Shown in pieces: positions 23,346 to 36,125 of a DNA stretch of 64,000 nt (position 1 is its first letter; the number at the start of each line of letters is the position of its first letter). The DNA is from Callorhinchus milii (lineage: Eukaryota). Below the pieces are notes generated by a model that saw only the letters and a list, made by a program, of their open reading frames with translations, did not search any database and had not been told where the DNA came from. The DNA lies in assembly GCF_018977255.1 (NCBI RefSeq), contig NW_024704743.1, forward strand, positions 111,106,001 to 111,170,000, read 5' to 3'. Position numbers and translations under genes: made by a program.

Positions 23346-24384
23346 AATACAAAATACAATACCAAATTACATCTGCATAGCAATTTCACGTCGGGAGTAC
23401 ACCCAGGACTGAACTAGAATTGGGAAGCCAGTGAACTATGAGTTAAAATTCAACAATTTTTTCTGTACCCTCTGAAACGCTAGGTTTAATAGAGTAACGT
23501 TAGACCCAGAAGCAATTTTACCTAGTGATTGAGTGCTGCCATTGTTCAGCCTACTTTTCTCAATGCTGGATATTATGTTCATTGTTGGAAACTGTGTGAG
23601 ATCTGCAGGCTGTTCATGGAGTGTCTGAGCCTAGAATATACCTAATGTATTCACAAGGATTCAGCAGGTGATGTTATAATAAAATAATAAATAATCCTTG
23701 CATTTGATATATACAATAATAATATATATAGAATATAATAATATAATAATAATATATAATATAGCGCCTTATCACATCTTTGGTACATCTCAAGGCGCTT
23801 CACAGAATTTACTGTAAAGTGAATTGACTATATATTCTGTAGGCGAAATTCACTGCATTTTGCAGAGCTCCACCTCTGTCTCAGTTAGAGGATGAACAAG
23901 AATTCATATGAGACTTGAAACTGATTCTGAGAGTATCTTGATAAATTGGCTCATTTGTATATTATAATATTTGTAGTTAGTTTAATCATTAAAGTATTGA
24001 AAATCTATGGTAATCAGTGTAAATTACTAAGGTTGATATTACGTTAAAAAAGAATATCCTGTTAACCTTTAACCTTCTAGATGAATTGAAGATCAGTTCA
24101 GTTTAAGAAAGCATCTTTATAGTTCTTTATCACATCAAAATGCCCCTTAAAGTGCTTCATGAGTAATTACTTTCATGTGTAATCTGATTCTTGCAATCAA
24201 ATCTGGTAGCCATTTGTTCATCGGCAATGTCTCACAAACAAGAATGACCAATTTTATTTGGAGGATTGTCGAACATGTCACTGGGAGAAACTTGGTTCTC
24301 TTTTGAATAGTCCCATGGGACCGTTACATGAGTTCAAAGGGACTCTGGCTTCAGGTCCCATCTCAAAAATAGCACAAATATTAC

Positions 24385-25340
24385 ATACAATACAATACAA
24401 TACAAAATTACATTTGTAAAGCGTCTTTCAAGTCGGGAGGACTTCCCAAGGTGCTGAACAGTCAGGAATTAGGACCCGGGGAGTGGGGTTGGGATCGTGG
24501 AGGGCAGAGTGGCCGAAAGCATGTCAAAGAGGAGGGTTTTGAGGTGTGCCTTAAAGGAGGCAGTGGAGGGAGCAAGGCAAAAGGAATATCGGATGGAGTT
24601 CCAGAGGGTGGAGGCAGAGAGACTGAAGGTCCAACCGCCGATGGTGGGGCGGGCTGGGCTGGGGACATGGAGCAGGCCGGAGCCTGCTGAGTGGAGGGAG
24701 TGGACAGGTTAATAAAGGGTTAGCAGGTCGGAGAGGTAGGAGGGGGCAAGAGGGCCTTGAAGGTGAGGACGAGAATTTTGAACTCGATCCTCTGAGAGAT
24801 GCGGAGCCAGTGGAGCCAGGCGAGGGTGGGTGTAATGGGGTCATGGAGCCTGGTCCAGGAGAGGACACGAGCTGCAGAGTTCTGGATGATCTGCAGCTTG
24901 TGGAGAGAAGAGTTAGGAAGCCTGACAAGTAGGGCATTGGCATAGTCGAGCTTGGTTGTAATGAAGGCATGTATGAGGGTTTCGGCGACTTGAGGGGTGA
25001 GGCAGCGGCGGATTCGAGCAAAGTTGCGGAGGTGGGGGAAGGCAGAGTGGGTCAAGGCACGGATGTGGGGGAGAAAGGACAGTTGAGTCTCGAACAAGAT
25101 GCCTAGGTTCCTGACTGGCTTGGTGAGATGGAGTGTGCATCCGTGGATGCTGATGCTGCCAGTGCTTGAGGTGCGGAGGCGCTGGCGGGAGCCAATCAGG
25201 AGACTCTCGGTCTTGCTGACATTCAACTGTAGAAAATTGGCTCTCATCCAGGACTTGATGTCTGACAGGCAGATGTCTGACAGGCAGTCTGTCAGGACAT
25301 CAGTGGTCCTGGGGTCGAGGGTTGAGGCAGAGAGATGATG
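24385..25340 (-). mobile_element. L2 LINE, ~950 bp of ORF2 3' part, (TATTG)n tail
   Basis: ORF 24720-25358: WMRANFLQLNVSKTE, VRNLGILF, KLDYANALL, LHWL. Confidence 0.92.
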
Positions 25341-26044
25341 TTGCGATATGTTAATCATATGCGTTAATAGTGTTTCAATTCATGCCAATTCCCACAAAAC
25401 AACCATGAAGTGAATGACTAATTTTATCTGGAGGTTTGTTGGACAGGACCCCGGTATAGTTAATGAGGAATTTTCGTTTGGAGCCTGCTCTTCCTTTTGG
25501 GTTTATCTTCCGCTGTGAAAATCCACCACATGCATCTCACTAACTAGGTGAAAAGTGCCGTGAGCTGGCAATGTGGGGGGGTGGTGGGGGGTGGGGGGGG
25601 GTGGGGTATCAACATAACAATAACATCCAGATTTTCTGAATCCTGGATCCTCATCCTTGTTCAGAAAACCTCAGCTCAAAGAGAGCATTTCTCAAAACAT
25701 AAAACACATCCTCCAGTGAGATTCAGAAAGCAGAACTGGTTAGAACTGCTTCAGGTTCAGTTTTTCAAGCCACTCAGTGAAACAGCAGGGTGATTCCACC
25801 TGTCTGTCAATCAACCATCCAGCCCATATTTTCTCCGTAGCGTGTTTTCTCCCCATCTCTTTGACATTCTATTGCTTATGGTTCCCTCTTCAACTGTGAA
25901 GCCACACAAAGCATTAGCCCTGCATCCAGGCAGCTCATTACGATGTGCTTTCACTGCACGACTCCCAGTGGCAGCCTGGGCAGAGGAAGTGCTTTGTCAG
26001 GGTGTAAACGTAGAAAGAAGCAGTTATGTAGTGCTTACATCGAT

Positions 26045-26340
26045 TTACATAGAATGTACATTATGGAAACAGGCAGTTCAGCCCAACACATGTGGTGTTA
26101 TATTCCACATCAGTTTTCACCCATTCCTTACTCCCTCCCATAGCCTTCTATTCCATATTCCCTCATGTAAAGGTCCAGCTTCCTCTTAAATGCATCTGTA
26201 TTATCTGACTTAATAACCACTTCAGGCAGTGAGTTCTACAATCTCATTACCCTCTGTGTGAAGAAGTTCCTCGTAAATCCACTTTTTGTTCCCTTAGTCG
26301 CTATCATACTAGTGTCCCCTGGTTATGGACTTGTGTCCGG
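26045..26340 (-). mobile_element. CR1 3' fragment
   Basis: aacttcttcacacagagggtaatgag (FFTQRV) on minus and ttctatgt tail. Confidence 0.65.
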
Positions 26341-26529
26341 TTTTTATTCCAGGGCACTAGGTGTTTCTTCAGACAAAGTGACTCCACCTGCCATCTGTGC
26401 CCCTCTCCACTTCCCCCACTCCATATGCTGTGGATTCTGCCTCATTTATAGTGAGAGTGAAATGTATAGGAGCAACTGCAGCAATAAAACCAATTAGTCT
26501 TTCCGTTTCAGGTTTTCGAGCTAAATTAA

Positions 26530-26780
26530 TGAAGAGAAATTTCTAAGTTAGATAGAGGACAATGATTCCCTCATGTAGAAGTGGGAGTATTTTCAGAACA
26601 ATACCGCAGGATGCACCAAGACAGTAGAACAAGAGGACATAGGTATAGAGTTGCAAAGGGCAATTTCAGGAAAGACACTAGGGAGTTTCTCTTTATGCAG
26701 AGGGTAATTGATGACTGGAACAGTTTGCCAGGAAGGATGGCTGAGACCAGGACACTGCACTCATTTCAAAATGGGCCATA
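26530..26780 (+). mobile_element. CR1 ORF2 C-terminal fragment
   Basis: SRTRGHRYRV...FLFMQRVIDDWNSLP. Confidence 0.8.
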
Positions 26781-26852
26781 GGTGAAGAAGGCCCCTTCTT
26801 ATCACATACCGTAAACACATCTCACTTCAATGTGGAAAATTTCTTTATAAGT

Positions 26853-28770
26853 CAACAACAACAACAAAATTACATTTGTATAGCGCCTTTCAGGTCAGGA
26901 GGACATCCCAAGGCGCTGGACAATCAGAGTTTCGGACCCCAGTTGGGGGCCGGGATTGGGGAGCGTAGTGGGCTGGGGGGGAATCAGGGTGATCGAAAGC
27001 ACGGTCAATGAGGTGGGTTTTGAGATGGGTCTTTAAGGAGGTAAGGGAGGGGGTGAGGCAGAGGGACTGTGGGATGGAGTTCCAGAGGGTGGGGCTAGAG
27101 TGGCAGAAGGCCCACCCGCTGATGATGGGGTGGGCGAGGCAAGGGATGTGAAGCAGGCCAGAGCCTGCTGAGGGAGGGAGAGGGCAGGATGGTAGGGGGT
27201 TAGGAGGTCACAGAGATAGGAGGGAGCAAGACCGTGGAGGACTTTGAAGGTGAGGAGCAGGATCTTGAACTGCATCCTCTGGGTGATGGGAAGCCAGTGG
27301 AGTCAGACTACGGCATTACCTCACCCCTCACGCTGCTGAAACCCTGGTTCATGCCTTTGTCACCTCAAGGCTGGACTATGGGAACTCTCTCCTCGCCGGC
27401 CTTCCCGCCACCTCCCTCCACAAGCTGCAGGTCATTCAGAACTCTGCAGCTCGTGTACTGTCCCGCACCAGGCTTCGGGACCACATCACTCCCACCCTCA
27501 CTCGCCTCCACTGGCTCCCCATCCCCCAGAGGATTGATTTCAAGATCCTCATCCTCACCTACAAGGCCATTCACGGCCTTGCTCCCTCCTACCTCTCCAA
27601 CCTACTATCCCCCTACCTACCTGCCCGTACCCTCCGTTCCTCTGGCTCCGGTCTGCTCCACGTCCCCCGCCCCAACCGCCCTACCATCGGTGGTCGGGCC
27701 TTCAGCCTCTCAGCCCCCAGGCTCTGGAACTCCATCCCCCAGTGCCTTCGCCTTGCTTCTTCCCTTTCCTCCTTCAAGGCCGGTCTCAAGACCTTTCTCT
27801 TTGACCGAGCCTTCAGCTCCCCTCTCGACTCTCTTCCCCCTCCTCGCTCCCTCCCTTCCCTCCCCTCACCCTGACCATTTCTTCCCTGCTCGGGTCATGA
27901 CCCAACTGTGCAGCGCCTTGGGACGTCCTCCTGACGTGAAAGGCGCTTTATAAATGGAATCTTGTTGTTGTTGTTGTTGTTGAGTCGGGCGAGAATGGGG
28001 GTGATAGGGTCATGGAGCCTGGTGCGGGAGAGGTCACAGGCTGCAGAGTTCTGGATGATCTGCAGTCTATGGAGGGAGGAGTTGGGGAGTTCGACAAGCA
28101 AGGAATTGGCATAGTCAAGCCTTGATATAATGTTTGCGTGATTGAGGGTTTCGGTGGCCTGCGGCATGAGACAGTGGCGAAGCTGGCTGAAGTTGCGGAG
28201 GTGGGGAATGGCAGAGCAGGTCATGGTGCAGGTGTGGGGCAGAAAGGATAGTTGCGGGTTGAACAAGACCCCAAGGTTCCGGATTGGCTTAGTAAGGTGG
28301 AGTGTGCAACCATGGATGCTGATACTATCAGCGCCTGAGGTTTGGAGGCGCTGGTGGGAGCCAATTAGGAGAGCCTTGGTCTTGTTGACGTTCAACTGAA
28401 GAAAGTTAGCTCTCATCCAGAACTTGATGTCAGACAGACATTCTGTCAGGAAAGCAATGGTCCTGGAGTCGAGGGTGGAGGCAGATAGCTGGAGTTGGGT
28501 GTCATCCACATAAATGTGGAAGTTGGCCCCATATCTGTGGAGGATGTCACCAAGAGGGAGCATATAGATATTGAAGAGGAGGATATCAAGGACAGAGCCC
28601 TGAGGAACGCTACACGAGACGGTGCAGGGGCTAGAGGAGAAACCATTTGTGGAGATGAAGTGGAGGAGGTGTGAGAAGTACAAACTGAACCAGTCAAGGA
28701 GAGAGCCATGTAGGTTGAGGTGAGAGGAGAGGCGGCGGATGAGGATAGAGTGGTTCGATGGTGTCGAAAG
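26853..28770 (-). mobile_element. L2 LINE containing the RT domain, interrupted by a younger L2
   Basis: ORF 27895-28683 contains PQGSVL, YVDDTQL, LQLNVNKT, RNLGV, SRLDY; the element continues at 27304-26853 to the tail. Confidence 0.92.
27305..27981 (+). mobile_element. Young L2 nested in the older L2, TSD GAGTC
   Basis: TSD at 27300-27304 and 27982-27986; very similar to the 13908-14585 copy. Confidence 0.92.
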
Positions 28771-29644
28771 TCATTTCAATTTAAGTCCTCAGAGTCTGTA
28801 GGCTTGCTTGAATCATAGATGAAATCCTTGACTTTTTTTCCCTTTGATACATCATGTAAAATGACTGCCTTAGAGCAAAAATTGCTGGTGTATTTATAGA
28901 GCTTATGCTGCAGTATGGGCTTGCTTTGGCTCTGCCACCAGTCGTGCTTTCACCTCCCTGTGACAGACGTGCTGGGAAACTCATGCTTGGTAATTGCAAG
29001 GAGGCACAGACAACCCTTTGCCTCTCTGATGCCCTTGAACTTCCCCTGTGAACCTGGGAGTCTTAATCTGTATCAAATAACAGAGAAAATATGATGTTAA
29101 TAATAAGGATAAAAATAACAATCATCATCCTTGCTTTTGGTATAACGCCTCAAAACACTTCATAGGATTTACTGTAAAATGTAGTGACTGTGTATTTTGT
29201 AGCTGTGTATTTTGTAAATGTAAATACAGTTAGAAGACCAGCAGAGCCAGGCCAAGCCTGTGACCAGAGAACAGAATATATTTTTGAACAAGCTATAAAT
29301 TGTAAACAAATCACAATCTTTTAGGACATTTTGTCTTTGCGCTCCGGATATAACTATTAGCATGACTAAATTACATCCAATCCTATCTCAGTGTGAGCAC
29401 CGGAGCAGGGAAAGGCAGCCTGGAAATTTAGAGTAAATATAACACTCTGCAGGGCAGGAGGAAAGAATGAATTGTTTATTCCTTAGCAGTATTAACTAGA
29501 AAATTCAGTCCATCACCTGTTTTCGGGGAATGTGGTGCAGTGGGTCAACATAGTGTCCTAACACCCATGGGACTCCAGCTTGTACAGGGAGGAGTGAGGG
29601 AGTCGGGTGAGCAGGGCATTAGAATAGTCAAGCCTGGATAATAC

Positions 29645-29931
29645 AATAATAATCCTTGAATTTGATATAGCACTCTGCACATCTTCTAGACGTCTCAAAG
29701 CGCTTCACAGAATATACTACAAAGTGGATTGATTATTTTTTTGTGGGGGCAAAACTCGACAGCCAATTGCGCGCAGCAGTGTCACACAAACAGTCGCAAA
29801 TTATTGTTTTTTTTTTCTTGAGGGATTATTATCAGGCATGTGGAGTAAGGAAACTTGTCCAAGGTTTCACCCTGCTGGGAATCGAATCCAGATCTCTTGC
29901 TTGCTGAGCTCACTGAGCTTCAGGACTCCAC
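29645..29931 (-). mobile_element. tRNA SINE, short form, inserted in an L2 fragment
   Basis: Full SINE with a small head deletion; L2-like sequence on both flanks. Confidence 0.82.
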
Positions 29932-30735
29932 AATGGATGTGCTGAAGGCATGAATTAGCGTACTTGACCTGAAAGTGCCATCTGCTGCAGGCACTGAAGT
30001 TTAATGTACTCACTGATCACCAAAAATAGCAGTATTTTTCCTCAAGTCTTTACAGTAGGATTCCCTGTTCTCTGGACTTAGAAAAAAAAGTGCTTTTTTT
30101 TGCAATCAGTGTATATTAGACTCATAAACAGATGGGTGGATAAATGCTGTAAGTTGTTGCAATGGTATCTATAACTCCCGATAAACACAACAATTCACCA
30201 TAAAAAAACTCATTTAAAATTGATTCTGAGCAATATCTTCAATCGCTGTTGAGATCATTTTGAAGATATTCTAAACAGCAATCCAAATGACCACTTTATG
30301 TTCATCAGAACAATTGGGAGCTAGATTACCACACACAAAAAAATTGCAACAAGGCAAAGTGCAAAATACCACTGGAATTCAAACAAGAGATAAATACTGT
30401 CATTTACATATTTTATATTTTTCATAAGGGAATTTTTCCCCCAGCTGTAACCACACTCGTCAGTGGTTTGCAACCGAACCGTTTGAAGTTTTTCCTGATG
30501 CTTTCGTTTTTTTTCATATTCAGTTGTCTGTAATTTCACCGTTGTGTTTAATCAGACCGTATGGGTGAAAATGATAAGGAGAATAAACAGTTAGCTCAAA
30601 CCGATGCCCAAGCACCAGCAAGCACAATACAGGCTGTATCCATGTTGTTTGTTATCTTAGTAAACTTCCTGGGAGTAAAATAAACCATGCTGCTTGCACT
30701 CCTCGGTTCCTGCTAATCCCTGTCAATATCCTAGT

Positions 30736-31762
30736 GATGCTAATGATGTCCATCTGCGACCAGGGCTCCCTCTGCCTCCTCGTCCTCCGTGATCTCTCCA
30801 CTGCCTTCGATACTATTGACCACTCTATGCTCCTCCACTCCTCTCCTCTCACCTCAACCTTCATGGTTCTATCGTTGAATGGTTCCGATTCTACCTCTCA
30901 CACCGTCTCCATTTCATCTTCACAAATGATCTCTCCTCTAGTCCCCGCACCATCTGGTGCGACATGCATCAGGGCTCTATCCTTGGTTCCCTCCTCTTCA
31001 ATATCTATATTCAACTTGTGCTATATTCAATAGCATTCGTGACCTCAAGGCTTGATACAGAAACTCCCTCCTTGTTGGCCACTCTGCCTTCCCCCACCTC
31101 CACAACATCGCAAGACTCCGCCACTGTCTCACACCGCAGGCCACCAAAAACCCTGTGCACGCATTCGTAACACTCACGCTTGACTATACAAACTCCCTGC
31201 TTGTCGGCCTCCCCAACTCCTCCCTCCATAGGCTGCAGATCATCCAGAACTCTGCAGCCCATATCTTCTCCCGCACTGGGCTCTGTGACCCTATCACCCC
31301 CATCATTGCCTAACTCCACTGGCTTCCCATCACACAGAGGATACAGTTCAAGATCCTGATTCTCACCTTCAAAGCCCTCCATGGCCTTGCAGCCCCTTAT
31401 CTCTGTGATCTCCTAACCCCCTACCAACTTGCCTGTGCCCTCCGCTCAGCGGGCTCCGGTCTGCTTCATGTCCCCCACCTCGTCTGCCCCCCACCATTGC
31501 CGGGCGGTCTTCAGTCACTTTGCCCCTGTGCTCTGGAACTCCATCCTGCAGTCTCTCCGCCTCGCCCCCTCCCTTTCCTCCTTCAACACTAATCTCAAGG
31601 CCCGCCTCTGGACCTTTCCTTCGATCAACATCCTTTCCCCCCTGCCCTCCACCCTCCGAATCCCGACCCCCTGCTCGGTTCTGAAACATTCATTGTCCAG
31701 CGCCTTGGGGTGTTCTTCCAAAGCGAAAAGCTCTATACAAATGTAATTTTGTTGTTGTTGTT
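30736..31762 (+). mobile_element. Rearranged L2 (RT pieces 30736-31080 plus 3' piece 31081-31762)
   Basis: DLSTAFDTIDHS and QGSILGSLLFNIY motifs, then ORF2 C-terminus and (TTG)n tail. Confidence 0.88.
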
Positions 31763-31983
31763 AGGTTGCAGGATTACATGAGTTACTGTAGCTGGGATTT
31801 TGTAAGCACTGCTTCTTTCTTTAGCTTTTCTGTGCAGGATAATGATATGAGGTCTTTCTTGGCAGCTTTGTCATGAAGGTGCCAATGTCACTCAGTTCCC
31901 AAACCTGCCATTGTGCAGTGCTCCGAGACACTGTTCTGCGTGAAAACTGCTTTATAAATGCAACTTTTTGCGGTTGTTGTTAC

Positions 31984-32708
31984 TAATAATCCTTGCATTT
32001 GATATAGCGCCTTATCATGTCTTTGAAACGTCTCAAAACACACCACAGAATATGTTGTAAAGCGAATTAACTGTTTTGTGGGCGAAACATGACAGCCAAT
32101 TGCACATAGCAATGGAGTCCTTGTGGAGTCCTGTAGCTCAGTGGTTAGAGCACTCGCCTTGCAAGTGAGACACCCGAGTTCAATTCCAGGCAGGGCGAAA
32201 CCTTGGGCAAGTTTCCTTACTCCACACACCTAATAATAATCCCTACAAAACAAAAAACAATAATAAATTGGTCATTTTCAATCCACGACTGTTTGTGGAC
32301 GCTGCTGTGTGCAATTGGCTGCTGCGTTTCGCCCACAAATATATACGGTCAATTCACGTTACAGTCTATTCTTGAAGCGCTTTGAGAAGTCGAGAAGACG
32401 TGAAAAGCGCTATATCAAATGCAAGGATTATTATTATGATCATTATTATTATTACTATTATTATTATAGCAGTGTCCCACAAATAGTTGTGGATTGAGTG
32501 ACCAAATTATTTTTTTTTGTTTTTTGAAGGGATTATTACCCCTGGAAAAGCGATCTGCCAATTGACTAACAACCGGGTTCCTACTTACTGCTAGGTAAAC
32601 AGAGGCATGTGGAGTAAGGAAACTTGTCTGACGCTTCACCCTGCCCAGGAATCATACCAAGGTCCACTTGCTTGTGAGGTGAGTGCTATAACCAATAATC
32701 TACAGGAC
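31984..32708 (-). mobile_element. Long-form SINE interrupted by a short-form SINE
   Basis: Host resumes exactly after the insert; TSD ATAGCA. Confidence 0.88.
32123..32465 (+). mobile_element. Short-form tRNA(Ala)-like SINE, nested
   Basis: GTGGAGTCCTGTAGCTCAGTGGTTAGAGCACTCGCCTTGCAAGTGAG head (anticodon-like TGC), long (TTA)n tail. Confidence 0.92.
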
Positions 32709-34711
32709 TTGTTGCCAATGGTTCTGTGACAGATCCACACCCAGAAAGTAAAGATTTTCTTCAACCTTGTCTGTGCTACTCTGACATTTGACTTTAATGA
32801 CGTCAGAGGGTGATTCTTCACAGTATGTATAATGTCATGTCTAGAGAGGACGTATACACATACCGGTAGGATTTCGCTGTCGTGGGATAAACAACTTCAA
32901 CCCTGGATTTATGAGACAGTAAAACTGACAAATCACTGTCTACATCTCAACTGGTTATTTGTTGCAGGGGTGAGTGCTGGACTCACTGTGAAGCTGAAAT
33001 AATTCCAACTGGTTATCTCTGCTCTGTTTGCAGGGGGGAAGAAACTAATTTAAACCAAACACAGAAACTTATAAATTTGGTTGCGTTTGTCTTAAGAAGT
33101 GAAAATTGCGATGGGTTAATTAGTACCGGTGTTAATTATCACATTGTTATAAGTGCAGTCAACTGGAATCCATAATAAAATGTCATCATAAAATAAACTG
33201 AGACCACCACAGAGGATGGGGGGATTGAGGCATAGAATTCCACAGTTTTGGAGCATAGTGGCTGAAAGCACTGCTGCAGATAGTGGAGCGGAGAGGATGA
33301 GGGACATTCAGGAGGCCGGAACCTTAACCCTAACCCAACTGCCTGAAGTGGGCAGGTAGAGGAGTGAGGTGTAAACAGGTTTGAGAGGTAGAAGCGTGCC
33401 AAGGCATGAAATGAATGTAAAGTGCAACACCATCCACAACTGGGAATGCAGATGTGTGAATAAATACACATCCCATTTACTTGGCATTGAGCTTCGATGT
33501 TTTTGAAAACGTGGAGGTGAATTATCAAAATGGTGCATTGAATCTATTGCAAAGTGTTACAATTTTTACGCCTGGCATTTCTGAAGGCAGTATATTTATT
33601 GAACAATCCTTCCAGCAGAGTTGTAGCTTGTGAATGGAGATGTAAATGGTTAAAACGAGTACTTTTGTTGTAGCTTGGAGCGGATGGGGGAAAGGGGGAT
33701 AAAATGATAAGTGACCCTCCAATAAGTGACATAGCTTGATTCGTTTTGCTCTTCATGTTGCCCAAGGGTTTAAGCATAATTGTAGCAATTATTGTAGTTA
33801 TTAATTCAGGTTGTGTTGCAAAGGTAAATTAACACTGTGGGGGTAAAAATTCCATATAGCAATGCATAGCCTTTGGTGATGTTGACTTTTAATGATATTT
33901 CCTCTTGTGGTGTCACAGCGCCAAAATCTCTGAGTAATGCTGGATGGAACTTTTACCCAAATATTTGCTTGACGCCTGGTGGAGCTGATAGTTTTGTGGT
34001 CATACCTGGAAGGGGATGGAAGTTAGCATATTGTGGTATTTCTTGATAGATAGATTGGACAAGAAATGTATAATTGGCAATCCTGAAGCATCAAGTGTGT
34101 TGAATAATACATTAATGAATTTCCAAAACGTTATTGAATGCATTCTACAGCAATATTCAGTATTATAAAAATTCCTTATTAAGAAATCTGTTACGAAACA
34201 GTGCAAATTTTGATGGGCATCAATCAAAGCATTTGTTCTTAAAGTGCAAGATGAGATACATATTCAGGAGTAAGCATCTTTGTTGACAAAATTGTTTGCA
34301 GCTTTTAATAGTCACTGGCCATCAATATTGCTTTCTAAACTTAAGTACTTTTTCTACTACAGTATATGCAGCAGTTTATTTCAGGCTTCAACAGTGAAAT
34401 GAAAATAATAATAAAAAAGTATCAGAGAGGGTGTAAAAATGAGCTGCATGTGTATGTATTTGAGATCCACAGCTTCAAACAGGCCTGAGAATTGATCTAT
34501 GATCAGGGACATATTGGGAGTTATCTCTGCCTGCCAGTAAGTTTGTCGAACGTTGCTGGTATGGGTCATTTAGCTCAATAAAAAGTCAGCAAATTTACCT
34601 GAAGTACACAAGCCAGTGCAAAAAAGGAAACTAAATTGGAAAAAGAATAAATAAATTCAGGAGCAAACTGACTGGAACATGGGGAGGTGGGAATACTGTC
34701 CCTTTATCACT

Positions 34712-35352
34712 CAACAACAACAACAACTTGCATTTATAGAGTGCTGTTCACGTCGGACGGCGTCTTGGAGCGCATAACAGTGGCGGAGCCCGATGCCGAG
34801 CCAGGGGGAGGGGGAAGGTGACTGTAGGCACGGTCGAAGAGGAAGGTCTTCAAGCATGACATGAAAATTGGGAGAGAGATGGCAAGGCGAACGCATTGTG
34901 AGAGAGAGTTCCACAGCTTTGGGGCATAGTGGCTGATAGCATGGCCACCGATGGTGGGGCGGAGGGTCCAGGGGCAAGGAGGAGGTCAGAGTCAGTCGAG
35001 CGGAAACAATGGGTAGTAGTGTAGGGAGAGTAGGTTGGAGAGATAGGGGGTGTCAGGGCATGAAGGGATTTGAGTACAAGAGTGAGGTTTTTGAAATCCA
35101 TCTGCTCTGTGCCAGGGAGCCAATGGAGTTTGACAGGGACTGGGGTAATGGAGGTACGGAGTTCAGTCCGGGTGAGAATGCGGGTGGCAGAGTTTTGAAG
35201 TAGTTGAATTTTGTAAATAGTGGAGCCGGGGAGACCAGTGAGGAGGGGATTTGAGTAATCAAGGCGGGACGTGACGAAGGCATGGACGAGGGTTTTGGCA
35301 GCTTTTGTAGTGAGGTACGGATGGAGGTGGACAATGTGGCGGAGGTGGAGGT
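34712..35352 (-). mobile_element. Older L2 subfamily, 3' fragment
   Basis: SRLDYSNP, DFKNLTLVLKSLH, (TTG)n tail. Confidence 0.85.
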
Positions 35353-35726
35353 CATTTTACCTTAAAAGTTAAAGGGACAATAATCCCATATGACTTTGAG
35401 ATGACACTCCATGTGAAGGGTGCTATATAAATGTAAATTGTTGTCATTGTTATATGATGTTTTGGTTGGGATTGATGGTTGCATCCCTTTTCTTTTAAAA
35501 ATAAAATTATTAGAGAAACATATCAATAAAGTTGTCATGTTTATTTTGACACCTTGAAGCCAATTATAGTCAGCGCTGTCAGGTGACGTGTCAGGTGGCT
35601 TGTTTATTTACGAGCTTGTTGTGAGTTTGTAGTGGGATTTTCTGCTATAGATTTTCCTGTCAATGTCTGTAAATCTTCCTACAGAAATATGATCGGAAGA
35701 ACAGTCACCTAGATTGCTCATCTGTA

Positions 35727-36125
35727 TGTCAGCCTGGCTCAGTTAGTAACACTCTCGTCGCTGAGTCAGGAGGTTGTGATTCAAACCTCTTGTCAGGACT
35801 TTGAGCCCATGGTCCCGGCTGGCAGGACCTGTTTATAATAATATTAATAATAATCCTTGCATCCGATATAGCTCCTTACAACATCTTCGAGACATCTCAA
35901 AGCGCTTCACAGAATATACTGTAAAGTGAATTGACTTTATATTTTGTGGGCGAAACGCGGCAGCCAATTGCGCACAGCAGTGTCCCACAAACAGTTGCGG
36001 GAAGAGTGACCAAATTATTATTATATATTTAATTTATTTTTATTTTTGTTTGTTGACGATGTTCACTTTAGTGCCTTTGGTGATGTGATCAGGCGCTATA
36101 TCAAATGCCAGGATTATTATTATAA
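35727..36125. mobile_element. Cluster: Deu-SINE head (+), partial young SINE (-), SINE tail (+)
   Basis: Homology to other copies in the window. Confidence 0.7.

Noticed and set aside
27895..28683. 262-aa RT ORF as an active or domesticated gene
   Set aside because: 5'-truncated, interrupted by another L2, lacks the endonuclease and the N-terminal RT region.
32123..32200. tRNA gene (also 1705-1780, 44975-45048, 51273-51350)
   Set aside because: These are SINE heads: no proper acceptor stem, variable anticodon, always fused to the SINE body.
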